A stretch of 64,000 nt of DNA from Takakia lepidozioides (lineage: Eukaryota; Plantae; Bryophyta): positions 17,794,001 through 17,858,000 of the forward strand of contig CM060734.1 of the NCBI GenBank assembly GCA_030704615.1, in the 5' to 3' direction. Below are positions 35,201 through 46,800 of the stretch, in pieces; position 1 is the first letter of the stretch; the number at the start of each line of letters is the position of its first letter. The translations under genes and the position numbers were made by a program. The notes under the pieces are model-generated. The model did not search any database. It was not told the origin of the DNA and worked only from the letters and a program-made list of their open reading frames with translations.

Positions 35201-37216
35201 CGGTGGATGCAGCTGTGCAGGCTCAACAGAAGGGGTCCAAGAAGCGGACTCGCCTGCAAGGAGCAGCAGTTGTGACACCCAAGAAAACGAAGAAGCAGAA
35301 ACAGATAGTGCAAGTAGAGGGTGAGGAAGAGGACTCCGATGGAGACTTTGCAACCAGCCCACCCCCCGAAACGCAGCCAAAATCCCCTGTGCCCACCATT
35401 GTCACAAGAGGGACGAGAACTGCCTTGGCAAAGAAGGCACTCTTCAACCCCCCGGGGGTGGAAATGAAGAGGCCGAAAGTGGATCCCGATACAGTAGTCC
35501 AGTGTGTGAATGAGAGTTTCTTGGCAGCTTTGGATGGACGGGCAGCCAAGTTGGCATACATGAAGACCATGGAGGGTCTGAAGGGCAGAGCACTGAAGAA
35601 GGCGGCTGCCAAAGAGCCTTCCAACACCCCTGGGTTTCTGAAGATGGTCTCGTTCTTTGAGAGGGTGTGTGCAGACAAGGATAGCAGGAGGGGCGGAAAT
35701 GCCACCGAGTGGTCTTGCGATATGATCATCTTGGATATTCCGGACGGAGAGCCGGTGGAAGGATTGCAAGCTTTGCCATCTTGGAACAGGTACTCCGAGG
35801 ACTTTTGGAAGAAAGGATTCGGGCTCGCCCGCATGGTGTTGGACGACAGAGGCTGTGTGGTTGTCGAGCAGAGGCAAAAACACGGAGACAGGAATTGCGA
35901 AGTGGACCCGCAAGAGCGTCGTCCCAATTCTGAAGAAGAAGTGGACGTGCATCAACACATTGGGCCTTCGGTCGGAAGGGAAGAAGGTAATTACGATATT
36001 GGCACTCGTCCTTTCATTTTCTTAGGAGTTTTGAAATGCGGTGCCGCATTCAATTTCTAATCGTTCCCCACTGTGTATGCAGATGAAGCAGTTTGATGCA
36101 TACTGCTTTGTGAAGGAGAACTCGACCTTTGCTTTCCAGAAGGAGGGATTGTTGGTTGACCCAAATTGTGACCCCATCGATTACGACGTCCTGTTCAACA
36201 ACGTTCCCACGGAACTTCTCCCTCATAGCCTCACTTCAACTGAACCCCTGCGGTATTCACGGACTCGGAGCCCTGCCTTCATTTAGACAATTATGGAGAC
36301 ATGCACTGACGTGGAGGGCACAGTGCTCGACCTCATCTGTGGGACAGGTATGCAAAATCTTGTTGTATGTTGTTCTGCAAATTCTCGTTATGCTTTCATT
36401 CGCAACATCTGAAGGGCCATGTCATAATGTGTGGATGGCATTGTAACAGGTGCCTCAATGTGGGCTGGGCGGTTTTCAGACCGGCACCTCTTTGCCTACG
36501 AGGAGGACACATCCGTCTGGGGATCCCATCAGGAAGGGCTGCAACGGAATGTGAAGGCTCCCACCGAAGCCAAAGACTCCTCGGATTCGTCGGAGTCGGA
36601 GGAAGAGACAGTGGACATTGATGCCGAGGAGAACCCGGAATACGAGTGAGTGCAAACATTGTAAGTTTGCAAAGCCTTCTGGGTGATTTTTTGTCAAACG
36701 CATTTCCGGACTGTGGTTCTCATTGATCTCGTTGGTGATTGTTATGTGCAGGATTCCAGGATCCGGGTCGAAACATGTAGGGCCTACACTGCCAGGAAGA
36801 ATGTCCCGTTCTTTGCGAGGGCCGACTTCATGACGAGGCCGGTGGAGGACTACTCCCTTCCTAGTTATGCAGCTCAACTCGCAAATATAGCGATTAGACG
36901 ATGTGAGAATCCCAGTAAAGTAGAGCAGATTTTGGAGAGGGCTAGGGAGGACAAAAGGATAAGGAAAGAGTTGGCAACAGCTGAGACAGGTAGACGGGTG
37001 CGAAAGTTCATATGTGATTCAGCGGATGAGAGCGATGCAAACAGGGAGGACGACGAGCCAACGGAGGTGAGATGGTCGGTTCCGCAAGGTGAAGATGGGA
37101 TTTTTGAAAGCCTGGCCAACGAGCAGTCCGCTGGAGATGAGAAAGGCAATGACGGGGTGGAGGCGGAGCAGGACAGTCAAGGACAGGACGACGATAGTGA
37201 TGATTTTCAAGATTAA
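32290..37216 (+). CDS. E1 spliced cargo gene: ParB/Srx-like domain plus beta-class N4/N6 methyltransferase-like domain (contains lesions; start uncertain)
   Basis: MFFVWDGNHRLLAW (~33390); DMIILDIPDG (~35720); RTRSPAFI*TIMETCTDVEGTVLDLICGTG then ASMWAGRFSDRHLFAYEED (36260-36510); GT-AG introns at positions shared with E2 and E3. Confidence 0.8.
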
Positions 37217-37351
37217 TAGAATTTTAATGAACTCTATGTACATTTAAATTCTATTCCAGAGTATATAAAGGAAATTCTCCCCGTCCTTCATGTCCCCTCT
37301 CCCATGTGCTTCACAATGACAACATCGTCCAAACCTGGTCCCTCCCAAAAT

Positions 37352-38370
37352 CGGAAATGCGGCACCGCATTTCAATGTCGGAACGGAAATGTGGCAACTG
37401 CAAAAACCTCCTTTGGAAATGCGGCACCGCATTTCCAAAACCGGGGCAAGAACAATTTTCCGTTTCATGGTTTGGACATCAAAAACTGTTCGGCCGAACG
37501 GAAATGCGGTGCCGCATTTCCATTTCCGACACGACAGTTTAGCCGATTGCCAGCTCCTTCCATGGAGGTAAATGGAAATGTGGAGGTCGAACATGGAAAT
37601 GCGGTGCCGCATTTACATTTTGGAGATCGACATTTTTCCAACTGCAGACCCATCCACGGAAATGCGGCTCCCCATTCCATGATGCTAGACGGGAATGCGG
37701 CACCGCATTCCATCGTCCTATAAAAACTTACATTGTCCTATAAAAACTTTCGATTGCCCAACATGGGAAATGCGGCGCCGCATTTCCAAAACAGACATCG
37801 TTGTTTGTCCAATTCCAGACCCGTGTGGGCATTCCGTCTTGTTGGACGGAAATGCGGCACCGCATTCCATTGTCCAATACGAAATTTTGATGACGGACAT
37901 GGAAATGCGGTGCCGCATTTCCAGAACGGACATCGTTGTTTGTCCAATTCCAGACCCTTCGACGGAAATGCGGCATCGCCTTCCATTCTGCTCTCCGGAA
38001 ATGCGGTGCCGCATTTCATTGTCCGGTACGAAATTTCGATGACGGACATGGAAATGCGGCACCGCATTCCATTCTGCTCTCCGGAAATGTTGTGCCGCAT
38101 TTCATTGTCCGGTACGAAATTTCGATGACGGACATGGAAATGCGGTGCCGCATTTCAAGTATGGACATGGACAAGCATTAGCGACTGGACATGCTCGGAC
38201 AATTTAAGGTCCAATATGGAAATGCGGCGCCGCATTTCCAATTCGAAGTATGGTAATGCCATGTCAGGAAATGGAATGTTGTACAGCATTTCCGTTATGA
38301 CGACAAAGGAGGAAAGGGAGCTGCCAGAAATCGCTGCATGGAGAAAAATGAAATGCGGTGCCGAATTTCC
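37352..38370. repeat. Second E1 palindrome cluster (about 17 copies)
   Basis: Same GGAAATGCGGnnCCGCATT(T)C motif with irregular spacing, downstream of the cargo gene. Confidence 0.92.
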
Positions 38371-38644
38371 GAGCTTCGGCGTGTACATGTTTCCTTTAAC
38401 TCTGGTATATTATATGGACAGACACATTGTAGAAATGAGATCTCAAATTGTAAACAGTGGGCCAATCACGGCTGTTCTTGAACACGATGAAACACAAGCA
38501 CACAGAAGTGAGGTACGATCGGTTGTTTTATTGATCGAACACGGTGTCTCACATTTAGCAACTCCTGTCAAATCTAAGTCCTTCCTCCTTCTACATGGGC
38601 GTCACCAAGTCGACGGAACTTCGATAGCCCTCAAAACAAGCTCA

Positions 38645-39241
38645 TTACTGATGCGGCACCTTGAGATAAACTGCAATGCGATCGATCTGGTGCCCTTGGT
38701 GGAGCCCATCAATCATACCACCATCATACATTGACAAGGTCACTGTGGGCCTCATGTAACCGTGCGATTCGTCTTCGCAACTCAGCCGAATGTCTCCATA
38801 CACTGGAAGAGCGGAGTGAACTCCACGAATATAGTTTTCCCCGGTGCCGTCCTCCCTGGTCCACTGGCAGCAGTTCCAGCGCCAAAGTGAGGCCGTGCGT
38901 GATCTGTCCGCCATCCCATTCCAGCTTGGTATATCGAGGTCAACAATTTTCAGGACCCACGGACCGCATTGACCCTCGCCCTCACCTCGCTCAAAGCGGT
39001 AATAGCCCTCCAAATACTCCATTGCGCGCAAAGACTCCCGCTTGATTTCAGAAGCGTCTGTGAAAACAGATAGCCAGACAATGATGTCTCCTGATTCTGG
39101 TTTGAACATAGCATAATCGTGGCCATAATAAGGGCAGTCAGCAGGATTTCGACGGCACGACATCCTTGAAAAAGAGCAGCGCCGTGGCTGGAAGAAGTTC
39201 AAGCAAACGCTGCAATTCCTCAGAAACACTCCAGGGCACAT
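38645..39241 (-). CDS. E1 small hypothetical cargo protein, copy 1 (probable start MSCRR at 39163)
   Basis: Intact ORF, clearly paralogous to 39524-40237 (CPY.G.DYAM...SGDI..W...EY..G.Y.FERG...PW...RWNCCQWT...P.YGDIR). Confidence 0.7.
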   Translation of the reverse strand: MCPGVFLRNCSVCLNFFQPRRCSFSRMSCRRNPADCPYYGHDYAMFKPESGDIIVWLSVFTDASEIKRESLRAMEYLEGYYRFERGEGEGQCGPWVLKIVDLDIPSWNGMADRSRTASLWRWNCCQWTREDGTGENYIRGVHSALPVYGDIRLSCEDESHGYMRPTVTLSMYDGGMIDGLHQGHQIDRIAVYLKVPHQ

Positions 39242-39523
39242 TTAAATTTCCCCCCTACAGGAACCTGCACGGATGAAGATTGGCTGCTCCATGAATGTAG
39301 CCGTTTCAGTTTTCTTCCCTGCCATGCAAAGTATGGGCAGTAAGTGCCAGGTGGGCCTATAGCCACTCGAGACGACGAAGTCCATCCCCCCTTCGATGTA
39401 AATGCGGTGCCGAATTTCCTTCCGGGGGATGGACTTCGGTGGCAGATTTCAAACTATACCCCGTGGATGAGAAAGAGGTATCGGTTCAGCCACCGCTGGC
39501 GTGAAGAACACGTTACACGATGA

Positions 39524-40237
39524 TTGGTGGGTACGTGTGACCCAGATGCTCCATTATTGGAGCCCGCACTGCTCTTCCGCTTCTCATCATTTCTAAAATC
39601 TAAGGGCTTCGTTGCTGTCCGCAAGGTCATTGTCATTGGCATCAAAGACGTCCTCAGGTCCTCCTTTGCAAGGATGCCGTGCTTCTGGAACCAGGACAAC
39701 TGCCCTTATGGAGGCTTCGATTATGCAATGTATTCGGCCACATCGGGAGACATCGTTATCTGGTACACAGATTACACAGAAGATACTGGTTCGAATGTGG
39801 AAACATTGTCCGCTTTTGAGTATATCCCAGGCCACTACGCCTTCGAGCGGGGTGACGATCTTGGTCTGAGGAGTCCGTGGCTCCTGCGCATCCTTGATTC
39901 CGATTTTCCCAGCTACGATGGGCACCCATGCAGAAGAATGCGCACTGCTATGCTGTTGCGGTGGAACTGCTGCCAGTGGACGTGGGTGGACTCCATCGGA
40001 GAGACTTACACTCCTGAAGGAGTGCGCTCCTCTTCTCCATTGTATGGGGACATTCGCATTGGTGTGGACGACGAAAACGTGAAGCTTTCCATATTCGATG
40101 GTGGTATGATTGAAGTGCACGACATTGTGGTGAACATCAACAGGGGCGGTACAACGGCTGCAATCCAGTTTACCTGGAGGAGCCCGATGACTCATGAGCT
40201 AGTTCTCAGAGCAGTCGAAGTCCCATTGACAACGTGA
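39524..40237 (+). CDS. E1 small hypothetical cargo protein, copy 2 (probable start MPCFW at 39674)
   Basis: Intact ORF; diverged inverted paralog of 38645-39241. Confidence 0.7.
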   Translation: MVGTCDPDAPLLEPALLFRFSSFLKSKGFVAVRKVIVIGIKDVLRSSFARMPCFWNQDNCPYGGFDYAMYSATSGDIVIWYTDYTEDTGSNVETLSAFEYIPGHYAFERGDDLGLRSPWLLRILDSDFPSYDGHPCRRMRTAMLLRWNCCQWTWVDSIGETYTPEGVRSSSPLYGDIRIGVDDENVKLSIFDGGMIEVHDIVVNINRGGTTAAIQFTWRSPMTHELVLRAVEVPLTT

Positions 40238-40884
40238 CTTGTATTCAGAAGGCATAGGGCTAAAGATTTGTTTGCACAATCAGCACAATAGACGTGCTTC
40301 AAATGCAATTCATGTGGATCAATAAAAACCCCATTGTGCCCTCTTTTTGTTCTATTCTGTATCCATCGTTCCCAGAATGCATCATTCCTCATTTCGTTTG
40401 GGATTGGGAGTGTGGGTGGATTTTGCAAGTGGCTGGGAGGCTGAAATGGGCCCCCATTGTACAGAGCAGTACCACTCTACCATTCGCGAAACATTGCCTT
40501 TCAATATGTAATTCTAAAAAACATTGCCGAACCTCCTTCATCGGGAGGTCCTTCTCCCCCTATGACCGTGACACCCTAAACCCTATTCCCGCGGACACTC
40601 ATTTCCGGGAAATAGTCTTGCTCATGTTTTTTTCGACACTTACGACTCTGCTCATGGCTCATGCCGCTCATGGCTCATGGCTCATGAAATAGCAGCCCCC
40701 CATTAAATGGAGAAATCGGCACATTTAACCCCTTATGTCTTTCAAAAGGTCGTTATCCAATGACGAAAGGGGATATTTTCTCAGTTTCGGGGAAAATTCA
40801 TTGCATTTTAGCCGTTGTTTTCATTTGAAACTGATCGTATCCATTATGTGGTCATTTCTCCTACAGGAGGTTGCCGCAAATAAA

Positions 40885-41375
40885 GTATAATTTCGGCGCC
40901 GAAATTATACATAACAGTCCAGACATGGCACGTCCAACATGCATGGATAGCAACCGCGAGGGGCACTGATGGCAGCAAAGCGTGGCATGGTGCCGGTTTA
41001 CTCTTCGGGTTGGACGTTTTTCGGCGCCGAAATATGGATGATTTCAGCTCGTTTGCTCGCGGACGGAGATATTGTTAACGAATATCGGCGCCGAAATATG
41101 GATGAAATGTGCCCCAATGCAGCGTTCTGCACAGTTCCGGATCCGATATCTGACTGACAGGTGTGCTCATGACGGATGAGGACTGGGGAAGCGATGAATT
41201 TTGGCGCCGAAATTCATCCGTCCGCTGGTGAAACGTGCCGACCTGACTTTTGAATGTCGGTAGGCAGGGGAATTTCATGGCGGTTGGGTTTCATGATGTG
41301 CGGATAGTGCATTCAATGTCGGCTGCTCCGGGAACAACATCTGGTGAACGGAACGGTATTTCGGCGCTACAATTC
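40885..41375. repeat. E2 palindrome cluster, continued
   Basis: Perfect 26-bp palindrome GTATAATTTCGGCGCCGAAATTATAC at 40885-40910; more copies near 41018, 41083, 41195 and 41357. Confidence 0.85.
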
Positions 41376-41849
41376 GGATAAAGCGTCTTCTACTGCTGGC
41401 TTGAACAAGCATGTGTCGCGTTCCAATCGACTTCATCCGTGCGAACGTGTTAGGGGTCACAATCTCTTCATCACCCATACGGCGGAAAGTGGTGGACGGT
41501 GGCAATGCTTGGGGAGACGTGGTTGCTTGCACATCTGCTCGTGCACAGTGGTTGCATGTTCCACCGCTTCGCTCTCTCGCTCCTTGCCCTTCTGCGGTGA
41601 CATTCTCCTACGTTTCCTCTCCTTATGCAGCATAGTGATAGCATAGAGTTTGTGGAAGGTTAGGCGACTCTGGCGCAGAGAAGGAGGACGCGGGATTTTG
41701 GGAAGCCGCCGACAACATGACTTAAGCCCGTCTTATGCATGAAATGCAGACCTCGTTATCCGGAGACTCGGATCGCCCACCAGTGAGAGATTCGTGCTTC
41801 GCGGATATGAAACATTCCATACGCACTATTCCTTTTACACCTTTTTTTT

Positions 41850-43154
41850 TGCGTGCAGTGTGCCATGTTTTCCTGTTTGTTTGACATGGGAGTTGGGGAG
41901 GCAGGGGGGCGAGCCAACACAATCAACTTTGGATACTCATGCCCGGGTGCTACGCTCGCAAGGTGGAAGTGCATTGAGGCAGGCGACTCCTCACAGAACA
42001 CCTCAGAAATCGCCTCAGAAAAGCCCACCTAGAGTCCGGAAGCCGAGGAAGCAAAAGGAGCCCATGGCTTCGCCTGTAAAACCACTTGGAAGGGTAAGAG
42101 AGAGGGCCTTCGTGGAAACTCACCTGGCACATACACTCTACAGAGTGCAAGAAGTGGGCACAGCACCGCTGACGGACTTCCAAAAATCCCTCGATCCCGA
42201 GCTGTACAGGAAGTCCCTTGCAAAAGCGGATCGCACTTGGTACCAACCAACACTGGACGCCATGGTGGAGATCCTTTCGGTGAGGTTCATCTCAAATTTC
42301 CCGATTTAATGTTATTTCTTGCAGGGATCAGTGGCCTGACTGTATCCGCTGGATGTGGGAATGCAGACAAACATCAGGGATGACTTGGCCTATACCAAAA
42401 GACAGTTCTTTGAGAGTGATGCCCCCAACAAGGCGGACGCGTCGATAGAGAGTCACATTGTGCAGGCAGGGAGGCAATCACGGACCAAGTACATGTCCAA
42501 ACTTGTGAAGCAAGTTGCAATCGTTGACCCTGGTCTTGGTGCCGAGTTCTTGGCGGAGATAGGACTGCATTACTCCAGACCCATGAAACCGGAAATGTCC
42601 ATGGAGAAACTTCATCACATCGCAGTGTCCTGTGTTGAGCCGGCGGAGAAGGTTAGCATGTGTTTGTTCTTGTTTTGTGTCTTCTCGCGATTCTCATGAT
42701 GAGGTTCTTTTGTCTGACCGATGTTAGGCCATGCAGACAAGGTGGCTGCGAATCTGGAACGACCATACAAACACGAAGCTGCTGTACCACTTTCCCATCA
42801 AGCCAACAGACGACAAAATGAACGACTGGCTCAATGTGATGACTTGGTGGCATCAGGTATAATTTCCTCCTCTTTTGTGTGTTGGACATCATCGCAATTT
42901 CAAATTCATGAATGTTTTGGAGAACTGCACTGCTGCAGGTACTGACCCACGCCCAGGAGCAATTGGATTGCAACACCACCACTTTCAAGTTACAGATCGA
43001 CTGGACAAAACCGGAGACAATGGAGAACTACGTGCAGTCCTGGCGAGGGCACTTTGCAAACCTCTTTTTCAGAGAAATTGCAAAGGCAAGACGCAACGTA
43101 TACATCGAAGAGCAGGAGGGTGCTGACAAAGCGGCAATGCGAGTCCTGTTCAGG
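41850..43154 (+). pseudogene. E2 cargo gene, 5' half, interrupted by E3
   Basis: AFVETHLAHTLYRV...DRTWY, SRTKYMSKLVKQVAIVDPGLGAEF and EQEGADKAAMRVLFR match E1 exons; no DGNHR exon found. Confidence 0.82.
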
Positions 43155-43850
43155 CAGGGATGCCTCGGCGTGAGCCTGGTCACGTGAGCGCGTGAGCGCG
43201 ACTGCGCTCACGCCACGTCACCTTGCGCAAATGCCACGTCACGGGTCTCAGCCCACGTCATCACACGTGGAGGCCGAGTCACCACGCACCCAGAAAGAAG
43301 TGGAGTGTATTCCCGCGGATTGGCACCCTTTACCGCGGAAACAAGCTGGACGACATAATAAAAGGCATTGAATAAATGATGGATGAATGTACAGTTGGAT
43401 GATAAACAGATGGATGAGTTTGAAAAATCTATGTAGATGGATGAATGACGGATGGATAAGAGTAAAATGGATGAATGTATAATGGATGTTGAGCAATGAC
43501 AAAAATTCATGACAGGAAGATGCATGACCAAATCTTTTGACGAATGCACAAAGTATATGAAATGAGTGTGGAAGGTTTGTGGGGTGGATTAAAGAGTACA
43601 GAGGATGAATGTACAATGGATGTTGTACAAAGGAAGCTTTCATGAATGGAGCACGCATGAATACAGTGTAGATGAATGCACAATGGATATGAGAAGAGTC
43701 AGGAAGGTTTGTGAGATGGATTCATACATATAGCAATTTAAACGAAAGTTGATTCTGTGATTATTATTTGTTCTAAAGGAACAACTACGGTAGAGTAAGG
43801 GGATTCAACGTTTCCAGATAATATGAAAATGAATATTAAAAGAATACAGT

Positions 43851-46800
43851 TCAGTCTGACTCAGAGTCAGTACAATGTATCCCCTCTTCCTCTGCATCTA
43901 AGTCTAAGTATTTTAGAACACCGGATCCACGCGGATACACCTACGGCTGGCCACTAAAAAGTCAGGGGATAGGGACTCGGACGCGTGAAGTGCCATTGCT
44001 TCGGCATAAACAGGGAGCAGAAAATTGGAAAGGGGGCTGTCGAAAACAGACTCGCCAGAAATGACTGTATCTCCTGAAGATCCACCGCTGGCTTTCCTGA
44101 AAGACAGCCTGAAAAAGTTATTACTGTAACTTTGATGTTATCGAGAAATTGAGTATGACTCCCAAAGAGGGTTTAGCACTTACTCACATGAAAAGTCGTT
44201 GTCGACCTGCTTATCTTCGGGATCGTCATCATTTCGAATATGAATCCGATCAGTCTGTGTGCCTGAAGTGGAGCCAGACAAAAGGGGGAGGAGCACTGTG
44301 TTGTAGAGGTCAGAATCACCCTCCATACCAAAAAGGCTTCTTCCGCCTGCCTTGCATGCGTGGTAAGTTGCTCCTGCACCAGACAGGAGAACATAAACAG
44401 TTTGGAGGAGGGGATTTAAGCAGATGAAACTGTTGAAAGGAAACCAATTCGGAAGGGAGAAAACGAACCTGTGGACACAGAAAGATCGACCAACCCGTGC
44501 AGAGCGGTGGCTGCATGACTCCAGCAGTATTTGCATGAATGCTGGTGACTTTTCCTTTGCACCTCTCCAGGGAGTGCCATCTGGTCTCTTCAGAGTCTGA
44601 CTGGACTGCATGAAGTTGTACAAAATGTCATCGACATGGGGCTCATAGGGGGGGTTGACGAAACAACCCTGGTCAGAAATCTCAAAGCTGCGGATGGAGG
44701 ATGGTGTCTTTGATGTGCGAATCCTCCGCAGGCAGATCGCCTCGAACATCCTCGTCTGGCAAAGATAGCAGGTTAGTGTGGTAAACACAATCTAAAGTGG
44801 AAGTGTGTACATCGGCTATTCAGAACTCTGACACCAAAAAACCATGAATCGTTGATGATCGGTGTCGATCATAAAACATTCTACTAGAGTGGAGCTGCAG
44901 AGAAAATTGAAACTCATGATCAAAGCATAAGCAGAAGGCAGACGGCATACCAGCTGACCAGGGAAACCCCTTTCACAAGGTAGAGGCTGTTCACACAATT
45001 CCATGTGCGCAAAACTTCAAACCCTGAAGACTTGAGGTATGATGCCAATGCCCGACGACTATCATTGTCACATGACTGAAAAAGCAGAAGTGTCCCTGCA
45101 TCAGAGAGGAAATTGTTACAGAACCCGAATACCCAACTCCAGTAGTTGTCCTCGAATTTGTTCCACCCTGGCGTCTTGCCCTTTGGAAGAACTTCTGGCA
45201 CAGCCTGGCCATCCGGGATGTCGAGAATGACAATGTCGGCCGCATAAGTTTTCTGCACACCGCACACGAAGGTGGGACCTGTGCTCACCTGCAACAGACA
45301 TGTTTTTTATAAGAACGATGGCAAGAATGTTTTCAAAGAACGAGACTGAAATACTGCCAACGAAACATTCAGAGAAAAAGGAAAGAAAATGGAATTCTCA
45401 CCAGATTGAGGAATGAGATTATATTGTCCCAGGTAGGGGATGGCACCCCAGTGTATCCTCTCTTTCGACTCTGCATCATCGAAAGCCAACCCTCATTAAC
45501 AATTTTCATCTCTCCTGCTGAATCAGAACGGGAAGGGTGTGGCTTGGCATCGAACACGCACTGAAGAGTGCGGGTATATCTTCCAGCAGTAAAGTCCTGC
45601 CCACTCTCCATCTCCTTTTCATTCTCCTTCCCCTTGTCCTTTTCCTTCTCTTTGGACTTGTCTTTGTCCTTTGGCTTTGCTGGTGAGATGGCTATGACAT
45701 CAACAGCCTTGTCTTTTGGTTTGCGGCCCGCCTTCTTTCCCTTCTGCGGCGTTCCCTGAGCATCAGGCTCCTTGGCAGCCAAGGTTGCTATGTTTCGTTG
45801 ATACTCTTCGTCAGTCAAAGGCGCCAGCATCTCAGCGTTATTGTTCAAGTATTTCATATGCTGTTCTTGAAAGGTCGTGTGCTCAGGTGGGCAGTCAAGG
45901 TACCACCCACAGTCTCTGAAGTGAGAAGGACTCCAGTCCTTCAATATCCCTGCAGTATACATGGTTGGATCGTTTGCAGGGTCCGACCACATGTCAAGAT
46001 AGTCGGGAATTCCGCTCAGGTGATTTCCTTCCATAAGCACATATTTCGTGTACCTGAAAAAAGGAGATGAATCCCAACCCACAAAAGCGCTCAGTGAGTA
46101 AGATGCAAGTAGAACAGAAAGAATAAAACATGGATTGAAATGGCTCTGACAACTGCTCCAAGGACCTTTCAGGACCACACTACTGCTCCAGATATGAATG
46201 TCGTCAACGCCATTCAGAACATTCCATTCCATGACACTGTAAATACATCCTAATCCAGGTGAATGCAAATAAGCGATTAGAAATGACACAGACATAGAAG
46301 TGAATGTCGTCAACGACATTCAAGAATGAAGCCAAATTATTACTGAAATGAAGCAAAATCACAGGATGGAAATAAAAAAATTGAGTAAGGAACCATCCAG
46401 GAAAACTCAATGCACATTCATAACGAACCTATCACTGAGGACCTCACAACATCACTGTATGTGAATGGCGTCAACGCCATTCACAAAAATACAAAAAAGA
46501 AACCAATTACTTAGCTCCCCAATCCATGAATATTGAATTTGTCGTTTTTTAATAATACAGACACAGCTGTGAATGTCGTAACGACATTCACTTTGGATTT
46601 CTTAAAACAGAGCTTATGAAGCCTCCATATTCATCGCAAGAGGAAAAAACAATGCAGAACAACTGAATGTCTGCATTGACATTCAGCAAAATGAAGTGAT
46701 CAACCCTCATTGTATCCTCTATGGACATTACAAAAATTTAAATAACCTTGAGGACCGCACAACAACTCCGTATGTGAATGTCGTCAACGCCATTCAAGGA

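Larger units (their letters stand above)
11750..40700. mobile_element. E1: Mutator-like DNA transposon (about 16.7 kb without the nested retroelement)
   Basis: Left end GAGGTTTACTATTTCATGAGC; right end reverse complement GGGGGCTGCTATTTCATGAGC; subterminal ATGAGC repeats; flanks CATTAAATA (11741-11749) and CATTAAATG (40701-40709), a 9-bp TSD with one mismatch or an exact 8-bp TSD. Confidence 0.88.

Noticed and set aside
43370-43720. GATGAATG/ATGGATG-rich stretch in E3
   Set aside because: Low-complexity degenerate repeat with no regular unit or credible ORF.
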